A stretch of 64,000 bases of DNA from Nageia nagi (Eukaryota > Plantae > Pinophyta). Both the position numbers and the translations under genes were made by a program. This document shows, one piece after another, positions 13,450-26,984 of this stretch; position 1 is the first letter of the stretch; each line of letters begins with the position of its first letter. The notes beneath the pieces were generated by a model that saw only the letters and a program-made list of their open reading frames with translations, was not told where the DNA came from and ran no database searches. The stretch lies in contig JBITNC010000001.1 of the NCBI GenBank assembly GCA_050084985.1, positions 113,336,001 through 113,400,000 of the forward strand, written 5' to 3'.

Positions 13450-15054
13450 CATAGTTTTACTTTTTTTCACTTTGCCCCTAAAAAATGTAGCTTGAGCTCC
13501 CTTAGTGTCTTAAAACTCCCTTAGAATATATTTTAGGGTGGTCTTTGCCAACCAAACCATGGAGTTTCTTCTTTTTCTTTTTACTTTTATGGCCCAAAGT
13601 AGTAGCAATATTTTCCTCCTAAGAGTTAGAGTCCTCCTCATCATCTCAACTTGAGCTATGAGCACCAAGCTAGGTTCCAAGAATACTAAGAGTTGAGTTT
13701 CAAGGATTCTATCCAGAATCTTATTCATTACACCAACTCAGGGATCTTCAACCCCTTGAGTTTGAGAAATAATTTACTTGCTCTCCTTGATACTCCTCCT
13801 CTATCATTTAATATCCTCATAAAAACAAGACCCCTCTTGGTCTTCCTCATTTTATTTTAAAAGGCTATTGGCTAATTATTTATCTTCCAACATAGTTACA
13901 AAGGCCTTCTTTCGTGATAGGTCCTAACCCCACAAGGGCCATTGATTTATGATATAATGATTTCTCCTCAATAAAATCCACTTTAGATGCTTGATCCTCT
14001 TGACTGGAGAAAGTATTATAAGTGGAAATCGCACCCCATATCTCCTTGTTAGCTGGACCCAAAGTTTCACCTATATTTATTCTCTAAACATAGCTTTTCC
14101 CATCTCATTTTTTCTTTTATTTTTATTGCAATTTCATAGGATAGCACAAGGAAGCATGGCCTTTTTGCTTACAATGTTCACAAGTTTGAGGAGGATTTTC
14201 ATATTTGATTAGTTGAGACCAAACTCCTAGCTCTGAGATTAAATCAATGGTATCTAGGAGGTTTGAAGTAGGGAAGATGCTAATGCATAACTTGCAAAGA
14301 TCATGAGAGATTTTTCCATGGTAGTCTTATCAATGGTAATAATATTTTTAATCTAGTTCCTTATCCTAGCTAAGACTTCATCATGCTAATATTTAAATAG
14401 GATACTTGGAATTCTAACCCAAATAGGAACACAAGTAATGAATTGGGTATTGGGATTGAAATTTGGAGCCCATTTCATCATGAATAGTGCTCGATACCTA
14501 AACATCTAGGGTCCCCCATACAAAATTTTTTAAAGATCCTCTCCCAAACAAAACTTAATTAAGAAGAAACCATTCAAAAGAGATATAATATCAAAACTCT
14601 CACTCATTTTCCATTTTTGAAAGGCCCATTCCTGTATAGAATCTATGTTCAAATATGGACTCAAGAACTTTTCCACAAGATTGAAAGCACCTTCCTCTAT
14701 GGTGATCTTATTGATCTTTGGGGGGATCTTAAGCTTCCCCTTTATAGCACAAAGATTAAATCATGATGCTAGAGGGGAGACATTTGACCCTCTTTCCACT
14801 TGCACATAGGATAATTTGTTCTACTTTATTGTATTCACCTTAAAAATTTTGATAGAATCTGGAGGCTTAGGATCAACCTTCACCTCAAAAACCAAAATAA
14901 GGAAGGGATTACCATTTGAAACTTTTCCAACCTAAACCTTAGATCCCAACCCAAATTCCCCTCCTCTTCCCAACAACTTACCTGACCCACCAAGATCCTC
15001 AACTCTCTCCACTCGAACCTCATCTCTTCCCATCCACTCTTCAACACCTACCAT
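13450..15054 (-). pseudogene. LINE ORF1 remnant (DUF4283-like)
   Basis: ATG at 15054; peptide NGFFLIKF...ILYGGP*MF...MMKWAPNFNP...VPIWVRIP at about 14400-14600. Confidence 0.8.
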
Positions 15055-15944
15055 TTAAGTTTCTCGGATCCCTAGGTTTTTCAAATTTTGATGGCTAATT
15101 TATTTTAGAAATAATTTTTTTAGGGTTATTAATTATTATCTTATTTTATCATAATAATACTTCAATAAGATATTTGCCTAAGTAAAGGAAGAGTTAATGG
15201 TTAAATTTATAAATTGTATTTAGGCTCATTTAACAAATTTTTTTATTAAGAGTATGTGGTGGACATCATGCTTTGTATATTATTGCATATAAATCTTTGC
15301 ATACTTCAATTGTATGGAGAAACTCTACCACTAGACAAATGCACTCTATAATAAGACGGATGGACTCTACCAATGGGTGGATGCACTCTACCATTGGATG
15401 GATGCACTCTATCATCGAGCAGAGGCAAAATACCATTGAACAAAGAATTTTTTTGTATGGGTGCCTATTGTACGATGATAGAATGAGGTAAATACAACTA
15501 AAAATCACATGAAATATCAAACACTCACAACCATCCTAGGATCTTGTGGTGATATGCTCGCTCCAATCATTTTAGTCTTCTTGAGGCATCCAATAGCAAA
15601 TAAAAATGAATGTTTAAAATACTATCAAAATCAAATTTAGACTATACTTTTTATAATGGGTGATTTTTTAGAAATCAAAATAATCATTTATAATTTCTTG
15701 GTGAAGTCGAACATTTAATGTTTTCAAATATTGAAGAATTTTTTTAAAATTTAAATTATGGTTTTGGATTGCTGGGTTAAAAAATTAAAAGAAATTGAAT
15801 TCTTTTGGCAATATGGGCCTTTTTGCAACTCCCAAAAATTATCATTTTCAATGTTGAGGATCCTTAAAATTTACTTATTAATGAATATGTGTGGCTAAAA
15901 TAAACCTTGATTTTGGTATTTTGTAACATCCACTAATAATAGAC

Positions 15945-17240
15945 TAAATTAAATAATATAATTCCTAATGAATGCAAAGAGAGATGGATATGTTATGTTC
16001 ACTGATATGTATTATGTGAAAATTAACTAAGTAATAAACCCTAACTAATTAACATAGTATATTATGATAATGATAAAGATAACTATATGGTCAAGAATCA
16101 AGAGTATGATATGGTATCTATTTGGTGATGATTACTTAACTTATGTTTTCCTTTTATCCTTATTTATTATTTCTTCATTATGTATCACTTAACCAATGCT
16201 TCAAAAGAAGAAAATCAAATATTATAGCCAATTAGGTTGGATGGTAGATATAAAGGGATTTGGCTTAATAAACAAAAACCTTGATAATAGATTAAATCCC
16301 AAGCTCTTTATTTAAGTGATTGAAATGAAAAGTAATGAAATGAAAACACATCAATACTTTTTACTTAGTGTGATAGGGAAGTATAAATATGTGATTGTTG
16401 TAATAGAAAGTGTTATGATGATTCAAGAAAATATTATGGTGATCCTATGACAATGTTACGATGGTCTTATAGAATATTGCAATAATTTTTGTGGTGTTAA
16501 TTTTGTTGATCATGATGTTTGTAATATGTAGATAAGAAGATAAATGACCAATATGTGTGCTAAGTAATTTATTGAAGATAGAGGCATATGATAGAGTTGT
16601 TGACAATATGATAAGGATTAGGAAGAGAGATTCTTTTATTGTATGATCCCTTGACCATTCTTCCATATACTTGATATCCAAATGAGAAGATTTTTATAGC
16701 CTGCTCATATAGATTCAAATTATAGGTTTTCCCATTAAGAGAGTCATCTCATTAACTAAAATATTTGTACATAAATAGTAAAAGATAGCATTATTACATT
16801 GAAATGAAAAAAATGGCCCATTAGCTAAGTTTGGTAACTAAAATATTGCAAACACATCCCATTTATAATGTATTCAAAATTATTTATACATTCTTCTATG
16901 TTTGTTCATGATGGTTCCATTGTTGTTGTTGATACTTCTTCATTTTATATTCCAATCCAACTAGTAAAATCAAAGTCCAAAAAATTGTTAATGATAACTA
17001 TAATACTTTCAATAAACATAAATATTTATAATTATTTAAAAGTAAAATCATAAAATAAACAATAATGATCCTTTCATATTAATCTAAATTTAATAGTATT
17101 AATTCTTTTAGTTTATCTACTATTGTAACTTATTCACCTTAATTAAAATTTATGGAATGTTGTAATGATTTTGAGGGGTTGAAAATTCATTGGCTAGATA
17201 GGATTATAAATGTCTAATTAATTGGTTACTTTTTTTTTAA
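15945..17240. repeat. Unit A of an ancient AT-rich tandem macro-repeat
   Basis: Collinear with 17905-18498 plus 22921-23730 (e.g. CATTAGCTAAGTTTGRTAACTAAAATATTGCAAA near 16820 and 23170); 17150-17240 also matches 5745-5830 and 25101-25161 plus 38651-38685. Confidence 0.85.
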
Positions 17241-18498
17241 GGGTAAATATACTAAAAAATTTGCTAGGGATTTTATATAGGAACCCAAAATCTATTTAAA
17301 CATTTATATTAGACAACACAACAAATTATCCTAATTTATTATCTAATTGATTTGTATTTACTACTTGGTAGCTAAAAAATAAGGTTTCCAATTACATATT
17401 TCTATAAAATGAGGCAAATTTCTAATTATTGATAGACCTACAAATAACTACTAGCTTCAAATTTGTTTCTTAATTTTCCTTTACAACTTGTTCTTATTTG
17501 TGTCCTAGAGGAATTTGATTTAGAATTTAGATTATTTTCTACCTTTCTTTGGGCTTATAGACCCAAGGTTTTCAAGAAGTATTTGTTCTCCATTAGAAAT
17601 ATCCATGTTTGTTTCCTTGTCTCTGATTTCCTTTTGGTTTGATTTGCCTCTTTCTCTATTCCTTTCTTACGTTTGCATTTTTTAGTGCACTTTTGATTAA
17701 TTTGTATGGTGTTGTATTTGGGACTACCAAATCTATTGCATTAAGATATGTATCATTGTGTCCTCATAGAAGAGCATGAGATTCCTCATTTTATCCTTTC
17801 TATTACAAATTGGTTGCTTATTTTATTGCTAAGGTTGTAAGGATTTAGTAAAGTGAGAGATCAATACTAGGAAAATATTTTTAATTTCTTTTATATCACA
17901 AAATAAATTAAATAATAAATCTCCTAAAAAAATTCGAAAATAGTTGAATTGGTAAGATTCATTAATACATAAAAATTAATAAAGTAATAAAACCTGACTA
18001 ATTAACATAATTTAATATGATAATGATAAATATAAATGTGTGTAAAATAAAAGGTTAAGAGTAAGAAATGCTATCTATTTAATGATGCTTTCTTAACTTA
18101 ACTTTAACATTTGATCCTTTATTCTTGATTGGTTGAACTTATGCCTCAAAATAAGAAAATTAAGTATTAGAGACACCTATGTTGGTAAGTAGATTTTAGG
18201 GGATTTTGCTTAACATGTATAATCCTTTATAAATAATCAAATCCTATGTTCTTTATATAGGTGATTAAAATGAAAGCTAAATAAATAAAAATACAATAAT
18301 CTATGTCTAACTTACTATAGTATGATTGTAAATATATGAGAGCATTGTAATAGAAAGTGTATTTGTGATTCAAGAAAATGTTATCGAGATATTTTAGCAA
18401 TATGACAATGATCTTAAAGAATATTGTAGTAGTTATAATGGGGTTGATGTGATGGATTATGATATGTAGTCAAGAAGATAAATGATTAATATGTATGT

Positions 18499-21400
18499 TG
18501 TTAGAGTATTAAGTTCACTTAGGAGTATTTATTTATTTCCTAGGTTTTATTTCTATCATGTTTGTTGTAGTGATAACCACTTCTTTTTCACTTTGTGGAT
18601 TTTACCTTCACCCATGGTTGGCATGCTTTTGTACACTAGCTTGTATTTTTTAACTTCTCTATGTTTTGTGGTGCTCTTGCATTTTTCTTTTTGGGATTGA
18701 TTTCCTCCTCTTGCAAATCTTCACATGGTATAGAGTAGGTTGGATTCTTACAGGCATCAGAACTTCTTCTCTGAAACTTTCTCAAATCTGATTTATTTCT
18801 AAGATTTGTGCAACCATATCAGACCTATGTAAAGTGTGTGGATCTGCTATTGATCTATCTCAGCTTATTTTTTTGGGTATTGCGTAGATAGTGCACATCT
18901 TCTTTGTGTCTGGCTGGGTGTTATTTTGGGTTTGATCATTCGTAGGCTCATTTGCACCTTACGATCATATTGAATTCTTACTCACGGATCTGGACATCTT
19001 CATCTACCTATATTTTCTAGGTACAAATTGCACTTGACTCTTCCATCCATATTACCTTGTTTGTGCACCTTCCTTCAGATTGTTGCAGATAGCTCTCCAA
19101 GCGATCTGCCTTAGTCTTGAGGTGTGATCGTTGTCAGTGCTTGTTTCTTCAGTATGTAGGTTAAAGGATTTTTTTTTGGCGAGACTGTGGAAGTATTTTT
19201 TTTTCTGGAGAGGAGCTCCATCTATATTCTCTCAATGGAGGATACCTCTGTCTTGCAGATCTTGTGCGTTGACAGATCTATTTCAGTCACCTCTCACACA
19301 TTTTGTGCCTTCTCAACAACGTGTGCATCTGGTCTAGTGTGAGGACTATGTTTGATTGGATGAGCTCCTCCTCCTTGCTTGTGGTGGTTTTTTGCTCTAC
19401 TAATTTCATTTTTCCCCGTAGAGCCTGCGTTTCTCATCGCGTGCATCGTTTTCCACCTGTAACTATGGGTTTTCAGACCTACGGTGTTGCAAACAATAGA
19501 TCTCCCTTTTTTGGCTCCTACGTGGTTGTGGCTAAAGAGTCTTTTCCATCTCTTTATTCTACTCCTACTTCTAGTATTGAGGTTGGGGATTCCTCTCATA
19601 TTTCTATGAAGGGGAAAGGGGATATTCATGTGGAAGGTGGTCACATCCTTGATGTGCTTTTGGTTCCTGATCTCTCCACCAACCTTCTTTCTATGTATAA
19701 AATTTGTAATATTGGTGGTTGGAGGATTATTTTATTCATATTTGATGATTTTGAGATTTGTAGTTTGCTAGAGCCACAGTCACTTCTTGCATGAGATGAT
19801 GTTGACTATTCCTTGAGCCTCTATTAGTTTGAGGATTTTAATGATACTGATTTAGGTACTAGGTTGGTTTCCCATGTAGATTCTATGATTAGACTTTGGC
19901 ATGAGAGGTTTGGGCACCTCAATTATAGATATTTGCAATATTTGAATTCTCATGATATGGTCATTAGATTGCCTAAGGTGTCTTGTTCTAATGGAGTTTT
20001 CCCTAGTTGTTCCCTTGGGAATAAACATAAATATCCTTTTCCTAAAGGTAAAGCTAATCATGTCTCTTCTTTTTGGGATTTGGTGCATAGTGACTTGATG
20101 ATCTTTTCACAACCATCCTTCACTAGAGCTTGGTATGCATTAATTTTTATTGATGATTTATCAAGATGTACTTAGGTGTATTTTCTCAAGTAAAAGAGTG
20201 ATGTCTTTGCTAACTTAAAAGTATTCAAGGCTTTAGTCAAGAATTAGTCTTCTAGTTGCATCAAAAAGCTTCACATAGATAATAGGGGGAGTACTTTAGC
20301 ATAAATTTTTTAGAGTTCCTTGAGAAGCATGGAATAATTTATCAGCATTCAATCCCTCAAACTCCATAATAGAATGGAGTTACAAAAAGAAAGAATGGAA
20401 TATTGAAGGAGATGGCTAGTTGTATGATGCATTCTAGAGACTTGCCTCCTATTTTCTAGACTAAGGTAGTCAATTGTGTGAACTACATCCACAATTGTAC
20501 TCCCCATCGAGCACTTTATAATATGACTTCTGAAGAGGCTTGGAGTGCTACCAAGCCAAATGTATCACACTTTAGAGTGTTTGGTATTCATGCTTGGGAT
20601 TTCATTATGAATACCAAGTGTAAGGCCTTAGATAAGAAGAGCAAGTATCTCATCTTTCTTGGCTATAGTGAGGATATGAAGGTGTATCGACTAATTGATC
20701 CTAATACCCATGATCTTTTCTTCCACACTCATGTTCAGTTTGATGAGTGCCTTTCTGATTCTCCATCTTTATCTCCTTCCTTGGTCTTACTTGAATCTTA
20801 TGACACATATTTTGAGGTCTTTCATGCAAAGGATATTTCTAAGGTTGTTTCTCCCACAACAACTATTGATCCTCCTACATCTACAGTTATTGGTACTCCT
20901 CCTGTTAATGTTGTATCTTTTTCCACTACTAGTATTTGCATGCCCAAATGGGCTCAATCTACATTTGAGGATACATCACCTTTCATCAAGGATCTCCCTC
21001 CTTCTTGTTTCCATTACATCAATTCCAATTTATTTGGTCAAGCATATTTAGGTGATCCATAGAATTTTTCAGAGGCCCATGGTATACTGAAGTGGGATGA
21101 TGCCATGGTGGCTAAGTATTCTTCCTTGCTAAATAATAATACTTGGGAGCTTATTCCACTACCCCCTGGGAGGAAGTTGGTTCATTGTAAATGGGTGTAT
21201 CGAATCAAGTATGTAGTTAATCATTCCATTGATAAGTATAAGGATCATCTTATTGCCAAAGAGTTCTCATAGGTTGAAGGGATTGACTACTCTGAGACCT
21301 TTTCCCCTATGGCAAAGATGGATTTAGTTCACCTTGTACTTTCTCTTACTATTTCTCAAGGATGGTCAATATTTTAGATGGATGTGAAGAGCACCTTTTT

Positions 21401-22915
21401 GCATGGTGGTTTGCATGAAGATATCTATATAGAGTAGCCCCCCATTTTTTTTAAAGATTCCTCACTTATTTTTAGGCTTAAAAAATCTCTCTATGGCCTC
21501 AAACAAGCTCCTCAAGCATGGTATGAGAATATGGATTCTTTTTCCTCTTCATAGATTTTGTACAGTATACCTATGAACCTATAGTTTATATCTAGAGATG
21601 TGGAGCAAATACCACTATTTTGGTGTTATATGTTGATGATATTCTTCTCACTAATACCTCCTGTTCTCACATTCAGAAAGTTCAATGGGCTTTATCTTAG
21701 AGATTTGAGGTGGAAAACCTTGGACTTACCCATTACTTTCTTTCTTTTTAGGTGACACAGAAAGATTCAGGGATTTTCATATGTTAGCATAAATATGCCT
21801 TGGATCTTTTTCAATGGTTTAGGATGGCTGATTGCAATCTTTCTATGATACCTTTTCAAAGTGGGGTGACTTTCACTTCCACTTGCACTTCACCACTATG
21901 TGATACTACTTTGTATTGCTAGTTAGTTGGGAGTCTTCTATACCTCACCCATACTCAACTGAATATTTCATATGTTATATCTGAATATTTCATATGTTAT
22001 TGGGCTTATTTTTCAATTTGCACATACCCCTTATGAGTCTTATTGGAAGGTACTACCCACTTCATTTTGCATTACACGAGAGGTGATCTAGTGTTGAGTG
22101 GATATACAGATTATGATTGGGCTAGTTCTTCTAATGGTCATTGTTCCACTTCTGACTATGTATTTTATTTTGGTACTTCTCCCATTGCTTGATCATGTAA
22201 GAAGTAGTAGACTATTACATAATCATCGATTGAGGTAGAGTATAAAGTAGTTGTTTATGCAAGTTAGGAGGTACTTTGGCTTTTGTAGTTATTGGAAGAG
22301 TGTGGCTACCCCCAGTATCAGACCATAATTCTTTGGTGTGATAATCAGAGCATGATTCACATTTCATGCAATCTTGTTGAACATAAATGCACCAAACACA
22401 TTAAGGTCCACATGCACTTCATCCATCAGCATATTGAAGATCACATTCTCATCTTAGAGTACATTCCTACAAAGTAGTAGACTATGGACATCTTTACTAA
22501 ATCCTTTGCATCACATCATTTCCTTGAGTTACATAGCTTTCTTGAGGTAAAGGAAGTTATCCTTAGGGGGTGTTGAGGAGGACATATTCCTCTCCATCCT
22601 CCTTCTACTACTGTGAGATGGTTTTTTCCCTAAATGGTTTTTCCATCATCTTTTAGCAACTTATTTGCACATATTGTACATGAGTACCTAATCAGGCCCT
22701 GTTGTCAGGATTCATTTTTTGTGGATGTGTCACTTTACCTCATTGTTCACTTAAGGTGGCTATTAGAGTATTAATTTTACTTAGGAGTATTTATTTGTTT
22801 CTTAGGTTTTATTTCAAATTGATCAATTTTGAGGATTCTATCTTCTCTCTCTATTTTGTGTTGCTCTTGCATTTTCCTTTTTGGGATTGATTTGCTCCTC
22901 TTGTGAATCTTCACA
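18499..22915 (+). mobile_element. Ty1/Copia LTR retrotransposon lacking gag
   Basis: LTRs 18499-18725 and 22761-22915; perfect TSD TATGT; PBS TGGTATAGAG (tRNA-Met-like) at 18726; decayed PPT at about 22751-22760. Confidence 0.95.
19530..22576 (+). pseudogene. Copia pol remnant: C-terminal PR, GAG-pre-integrase, INT, RT, RNase H
   Basis: DVLLVPDLSTNLLS; WHERFGHLN; LVHSDL, FIDDLSR; HFRVFG; MDVKSTFLHG, LYGLKQAP, LYVDDIL; GYTDYDWA, WCDNQS, TKHIKVHMHFI. Confidence 0.93.
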
Positions 22916-23341
22916 TATGTCAATTACTTACTTGAAGCTAGATAATGTGCTAGATTTGTTGACAAGGGGATAAAGATGAAGAAGAAAAGATCTTTGATTG
23001 TATGATATCTTTGTCATTCTTCCATCTACTTTGTATTCAAATTATATTTTTAATAGCCACATGTAAAAGAGATTCAAATTATAGCTTTCCTCCCAATCTC
23101 AATGATTAATACTCTTTGGCATAAATTATGAAACTTAGTATAACTATATTGAAATGATAAAAAAGGCTCATTAGCTAAGTTTGATAACTAAAATATTGCA
23201 AAAATATTTCATTTTATAATATCTTTAAAGTAATTTTTACATTCTTATATGTTTGTTCATGATGGTTCCTTTATTATCATTGGCACTTATTCATAGTTAT
23301 GTTATGATAAAACTACTAAAATCAAAATTCATAAAATCATT

Positions 23342-23565
23342 CATTCACATTAGAGGAATTAAGAGTAGTAGGCATTGACAACTCTCAAATGTGAGAAACC
23401 CAAGTTTAAATATCCCTCCTATGTGTGTAGAAAATACAAACAAATCCATTGAAGAGATCATGCAAGTTCAAATGAAATCAAGTGTAAGTTCCATATACTT
23501 TAGACAAAAAAGATACCCATATACATAAAATCTAATATGAAAGAACATCCATCAAGATGATTTCT
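23342..23565 (+). mobile_element. SINE-like short insertion
   Basis: Absent from paralogous unit A; flanked by 11-bp direct repeat ATAAAATCATT (23331-23341, 23566-23576); tRNA-like stretch with decayed B-box AAGTTTAAATATCCC near 23402. Confidence 0.55.
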
Positions 23566-24004
23566 ATAAAATCATTAAAAATAATTATACTAAAATAGTA
23601 AAAATTATAATTATTAATAAATAAAATCATAAAATAAATAACAATAATCCTTTTACATTAATCTAAATTTAATAAGTTTTTTTTAAAACCCATCATTGTT
23701 GTTCTATATGCACCTAAACTAAAACTTATCATTATCCCAACATTTTTGTGCTTAGTCAATTTTCACATAAAGAGTTATCATGTTATAATACTTTACTATG
23801 GGTATACTTGATTCATAATCTAATGATATATTCAATTTAAATACACAATCTTAAATTCATAATTCATTGAATCTAATTTTCAAATATAATCAACTTTTTA
23901 CATATAGTCTTGATTTTCAATCTTTCCAATTTTTTCCTTGATAAAGTCAAATTTGCGTATATGTTTTCTACTTTATTTATTTATTTTTTTTTGGTAAGAA
24001 ACCA

Positions 24005-24200
24005 TTTTTTTTTGAATAGGCATATTAATAGAAATAAATATAGCTAGATAATCAAATTAAAAAATGGACTATGAACAACAACACCCATACAGAAAATCAT
24101 ATTTTTTATTGAATAGGCACATGAATAGAAATAGAGCCAGCTAGATAATCAAATCAAAAAGAAAAAATGAGCTATAAGTAGAAACAACCATCAATAGAAT
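24005..24200. repeat. Two diverged tandem copies of about 100 bp
   Basis: TTGAATAGGCA...AATAGAAATA...AGCTAGATAATCAAAT occurs twice, each copy preceded by a T-run. Confidence 0.7.
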
Positions 24201-25161
24201 TTATACTATAATATTTGTATAGTGAATTATACTTTTAGAACTATCTCCAACTCTAATCTTGTTTTATTACCCAATTCGCTTGGCATGTCCTCATTGAGTT
24301 GTCTCCATCCATTTTGACTCACAGATTTGGAATGCATGGTAGCTCAAAGTATTTATTAAGGGAAAAGACAAACTGAAAATTAAGTCTTGTATATTATTAT
24401 GAAAGTATAAATATGTCCTCATCATTTAAAAAAAATCAAATTTCAAATAATATAATGTAATTAACTTCTATAATCATTAAGGGTATATTTTTCAATGCCT
24501 TGAAAAAATGTTTAGTATGCAATAATTAATCATGAAGAAATCAGTGATCATAAATAAAGTAATAATTGATGAAATCCATAGTCATAATTGAAAAAAGTGC
24601 TTAGGAATGCATAAATATGTGGAGTGGATTCATTCACCTTTTTGAATATAAAGAAGTTAAGGATGTTAAGTTCAAATTTGCAACTATGCAAGATATTGTA
24701 GGATAAATTTATAAGTATCAAGGTTGCACAATTAATTTAATGAGTTGTTGATGTCCTAAGGATATTTCTAAGTTCCTTTTTCAATTGTATGATTTCATAT
24801 TAGTATTTTTATGGATAGATCAAATCACATAAGATAATAAACTACATAATTTACCTAAGCATATGTAGGGTTGTAAGACTTTGTTAGTAATTGGTGTGGC
24901 TTGATGCCACTCCATTATCAAAAAAGAAACATTTAAGAGTTGTGATAGTTTTTATGTAAAAAACCATAGCATTTTGGACATGACCCAAATATATTATGGT
25001 ACTTAGGTTGATAGTATTTATGAAAAATACAATATCATTTTGGTGAATTTCCAAAAATATTCTTATATCTTGAATAGGATAGGAAAATGTAGAAATAGTA
25101 TATGGAATGTTGTAATTATTTCTAAGAATTAAACTTTTGTTACTTTGATAGGGTTATGAAC

Positions 25162-26967
25162 TATTATTCTTTCATAATTACACTTTGTAAGGAGGGTAAC
25201 ATTATGTTATTCCTTCATTCTTTCATTCATTTATTCTTTTAATTCATGTTTCTTATTCCATTTTCATTCTTTTTGTAAGTGTTGTAATGAGTTTATAGTC
25301 TTTATATTTAGCCATTTTTATCAAATTTTGTTAAGTCTAGGAAAGTTTGGGTACTATTAATATTTACAAGTTGTAGTTGATTTATGTGATAACTTAAGCC
25401 ACCATTTTGTTGAGAGGTAGTTGTTGTTGTGTAAATAAGTCTCATATGTTTGTTGAAACATAGTTAGGTCTTCACCAATAACTATACATAGGTCTAAGGA
25501 TGAAGGGTAGTTTTATTTTATTTAATTTATATTTGAGAGGTAATGTAACATGTAAGGGAAGTAAGTGTCTAAGTCCAAGTCTAGGTCTTATAGGAGTTCA
25601 AGTTTATAAAATTCAGGTTCTATAGACTTGGGTACTTCTTTCAGGTAGTATTATAAATATGAGGTAATATTGAGTTGATTCAATCAATGAGTAACATTCT
25701 AGAGCCTATGTATTTCTAGAGGAAAAGTTGTATCGTACACCAAAAATTAGCAAATACTAAGTTAGTCCATCAACGAGTGTTACCAAGAGACCAAATAGTG
25801 GGAAATGTTTTAGTGAGTCCACTTTGTAGAGCCCTTCAATTTTGAGTGATGATGTCATACCTTTTATTGAAAATTGGTAGTTCATAAGGAAACTCCCAAT
25901 CAGCCAATAGAACCTGCCAGAGCAAGTAAGACCTACTAAGCTAAAAAGAGAACTATGAGATAAGGAGAACACTTGGGTCCACTTAATCAAAGAGTATTTA
26001 ACCCTAGGGGATCTATCAATATGTAAAATTTGACTCATTTCCACATGGTAGTATCAATTCTCCCTTAGGTCTCAATGTTATATCTTTCATTACCCTTACA
26101 ATTCCCACAACTTGGAGCTACAATTATCTTAATTAATGGTTGTAGAGAGTTAGATGGCTACCGATAGAGCATAGAGATAAATCATACCAATCAAGTAAAT
26201 GGAACATACCTTGATAATCAACTATAGTTGTAACAGGATGTAATCAAAGATAAATGAGAGATTATGGCTAACAAGGTATAAGAGATTTAGAGTCTGTAGA
26301 TTCCCAAACATTGACACTAATTTTACTAAGTCACTATGTAATCTAGCACAATTATAGATTAAAGCTGTACATTTGTAAACAACTCATTATTTTCATTTTT
26401 AGTTAATAGAGAAATTAAGGGAAATAATGGTGGACAACCACCCAAATGTAAATATATTCTTGTAAATAGTGGACTATTAGAGGTCCAAGGCTCTAACATT
26501 TTAGCAAGGTTGCCTAATGTGTGAAGTGCTTTTATATATGATAATATAATACAATGATGCTTTTCCCTCTGCATTTGTGGTTTTTTATTATATTTTGTGA
26601 GTATTATGTATGAAATATTATCTTAAGTTGTGGCTATGCATTACGACTACAAGACCCTAGGAGTAAGATAGTTTACTATTCCTAATCTTGGCTATGGATT
26701 GCTGCCTATATGGTAATGCCTAGGTTGATTAGTTTTAGTTTCCTTTTTATAGTTTGTTTTTAATTTCTTTCTTGTAAATCTTATCTTTTATCTCTTTCTA
26801 GTTACTTTTGACATTTACCATTGATACAAACCATACTATAATTCAAATATTGAGTAGAAAACCCCATAAGTGCACTATCCTACCACTTTCTACCCTTTTA
26901 AGAACTATTGTAGGAAATGGAGAACTAGACTAGACCAAACCTTAAGGTTATGTTATACTGATCAATA
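25162..26967 (+). repeat. 5' LTR of Tat-like element B
   Basis: Collinear with 36816-38650 (about 24 mismatches in a 230-bp block counted by eye); termini decayed to TA...TA. Confidence 0.93.
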
Positions 26968-26984
26968 GTAGAATAGTTCATTCT

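Larger units (their letters stand above)
6643..15119 (-). mobile_element. Full-length decayed L1-clade LINE
   Basis: 14-bp TSD TTAGGGTTATTAAT at 6629-6642 and 15120-15133; ORF1 and ORF2 remnants in order on the minus strand. Confidence 0.92.
5906..15909. mobile_element. Non-autonomous hAT element (same TIR family as 44058-51777), interrupted by a LINE
   Basis: Left end TAGGGTTCATTTTAAGAGCCCTT and right end GGCTAAAATAAACCTTG match the two ends of the 44058-51777 element. CTACCA-type subterminal repeats at about 6340-6540 and 15320-15480. No 8-bp TSD recognisable (TAAATGTT vs ATTTTGGT). Confidence 0.8.
17830..25161. repeat. Unit B of the macro-repeat (interrupted by Copia and a SINE-like insert; resumes at 38651-38790 after the Gypsy element)
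   Basis: Homology to unit A; 24931-25000 matches 5641-5712; 38660-38750 matches 5810-5900 and 17830-17880. Confidence 0.8.

Noticed and set aside
15266-15520. Repetitive ORFs on both strands (also 51053-51382 and 46090-46284)
   Set aside because: By-products of the 21-22-bp hAT subterminal-type repeats; no protein-family motifs
17241-17830. Insert starting GGGTAAATATAC, like a Mutator TIR
   Set aside because: No matching inverted end or 9-bp TSD found; left unclassified
23350-23420. tRNA gene
   Set aside because: No complete cloverleaf; better explained as a decayed SINE head
24250-24375. GC-richer exon-like patch
   Set aside because: Short frames with no recognisable motif or partner exons
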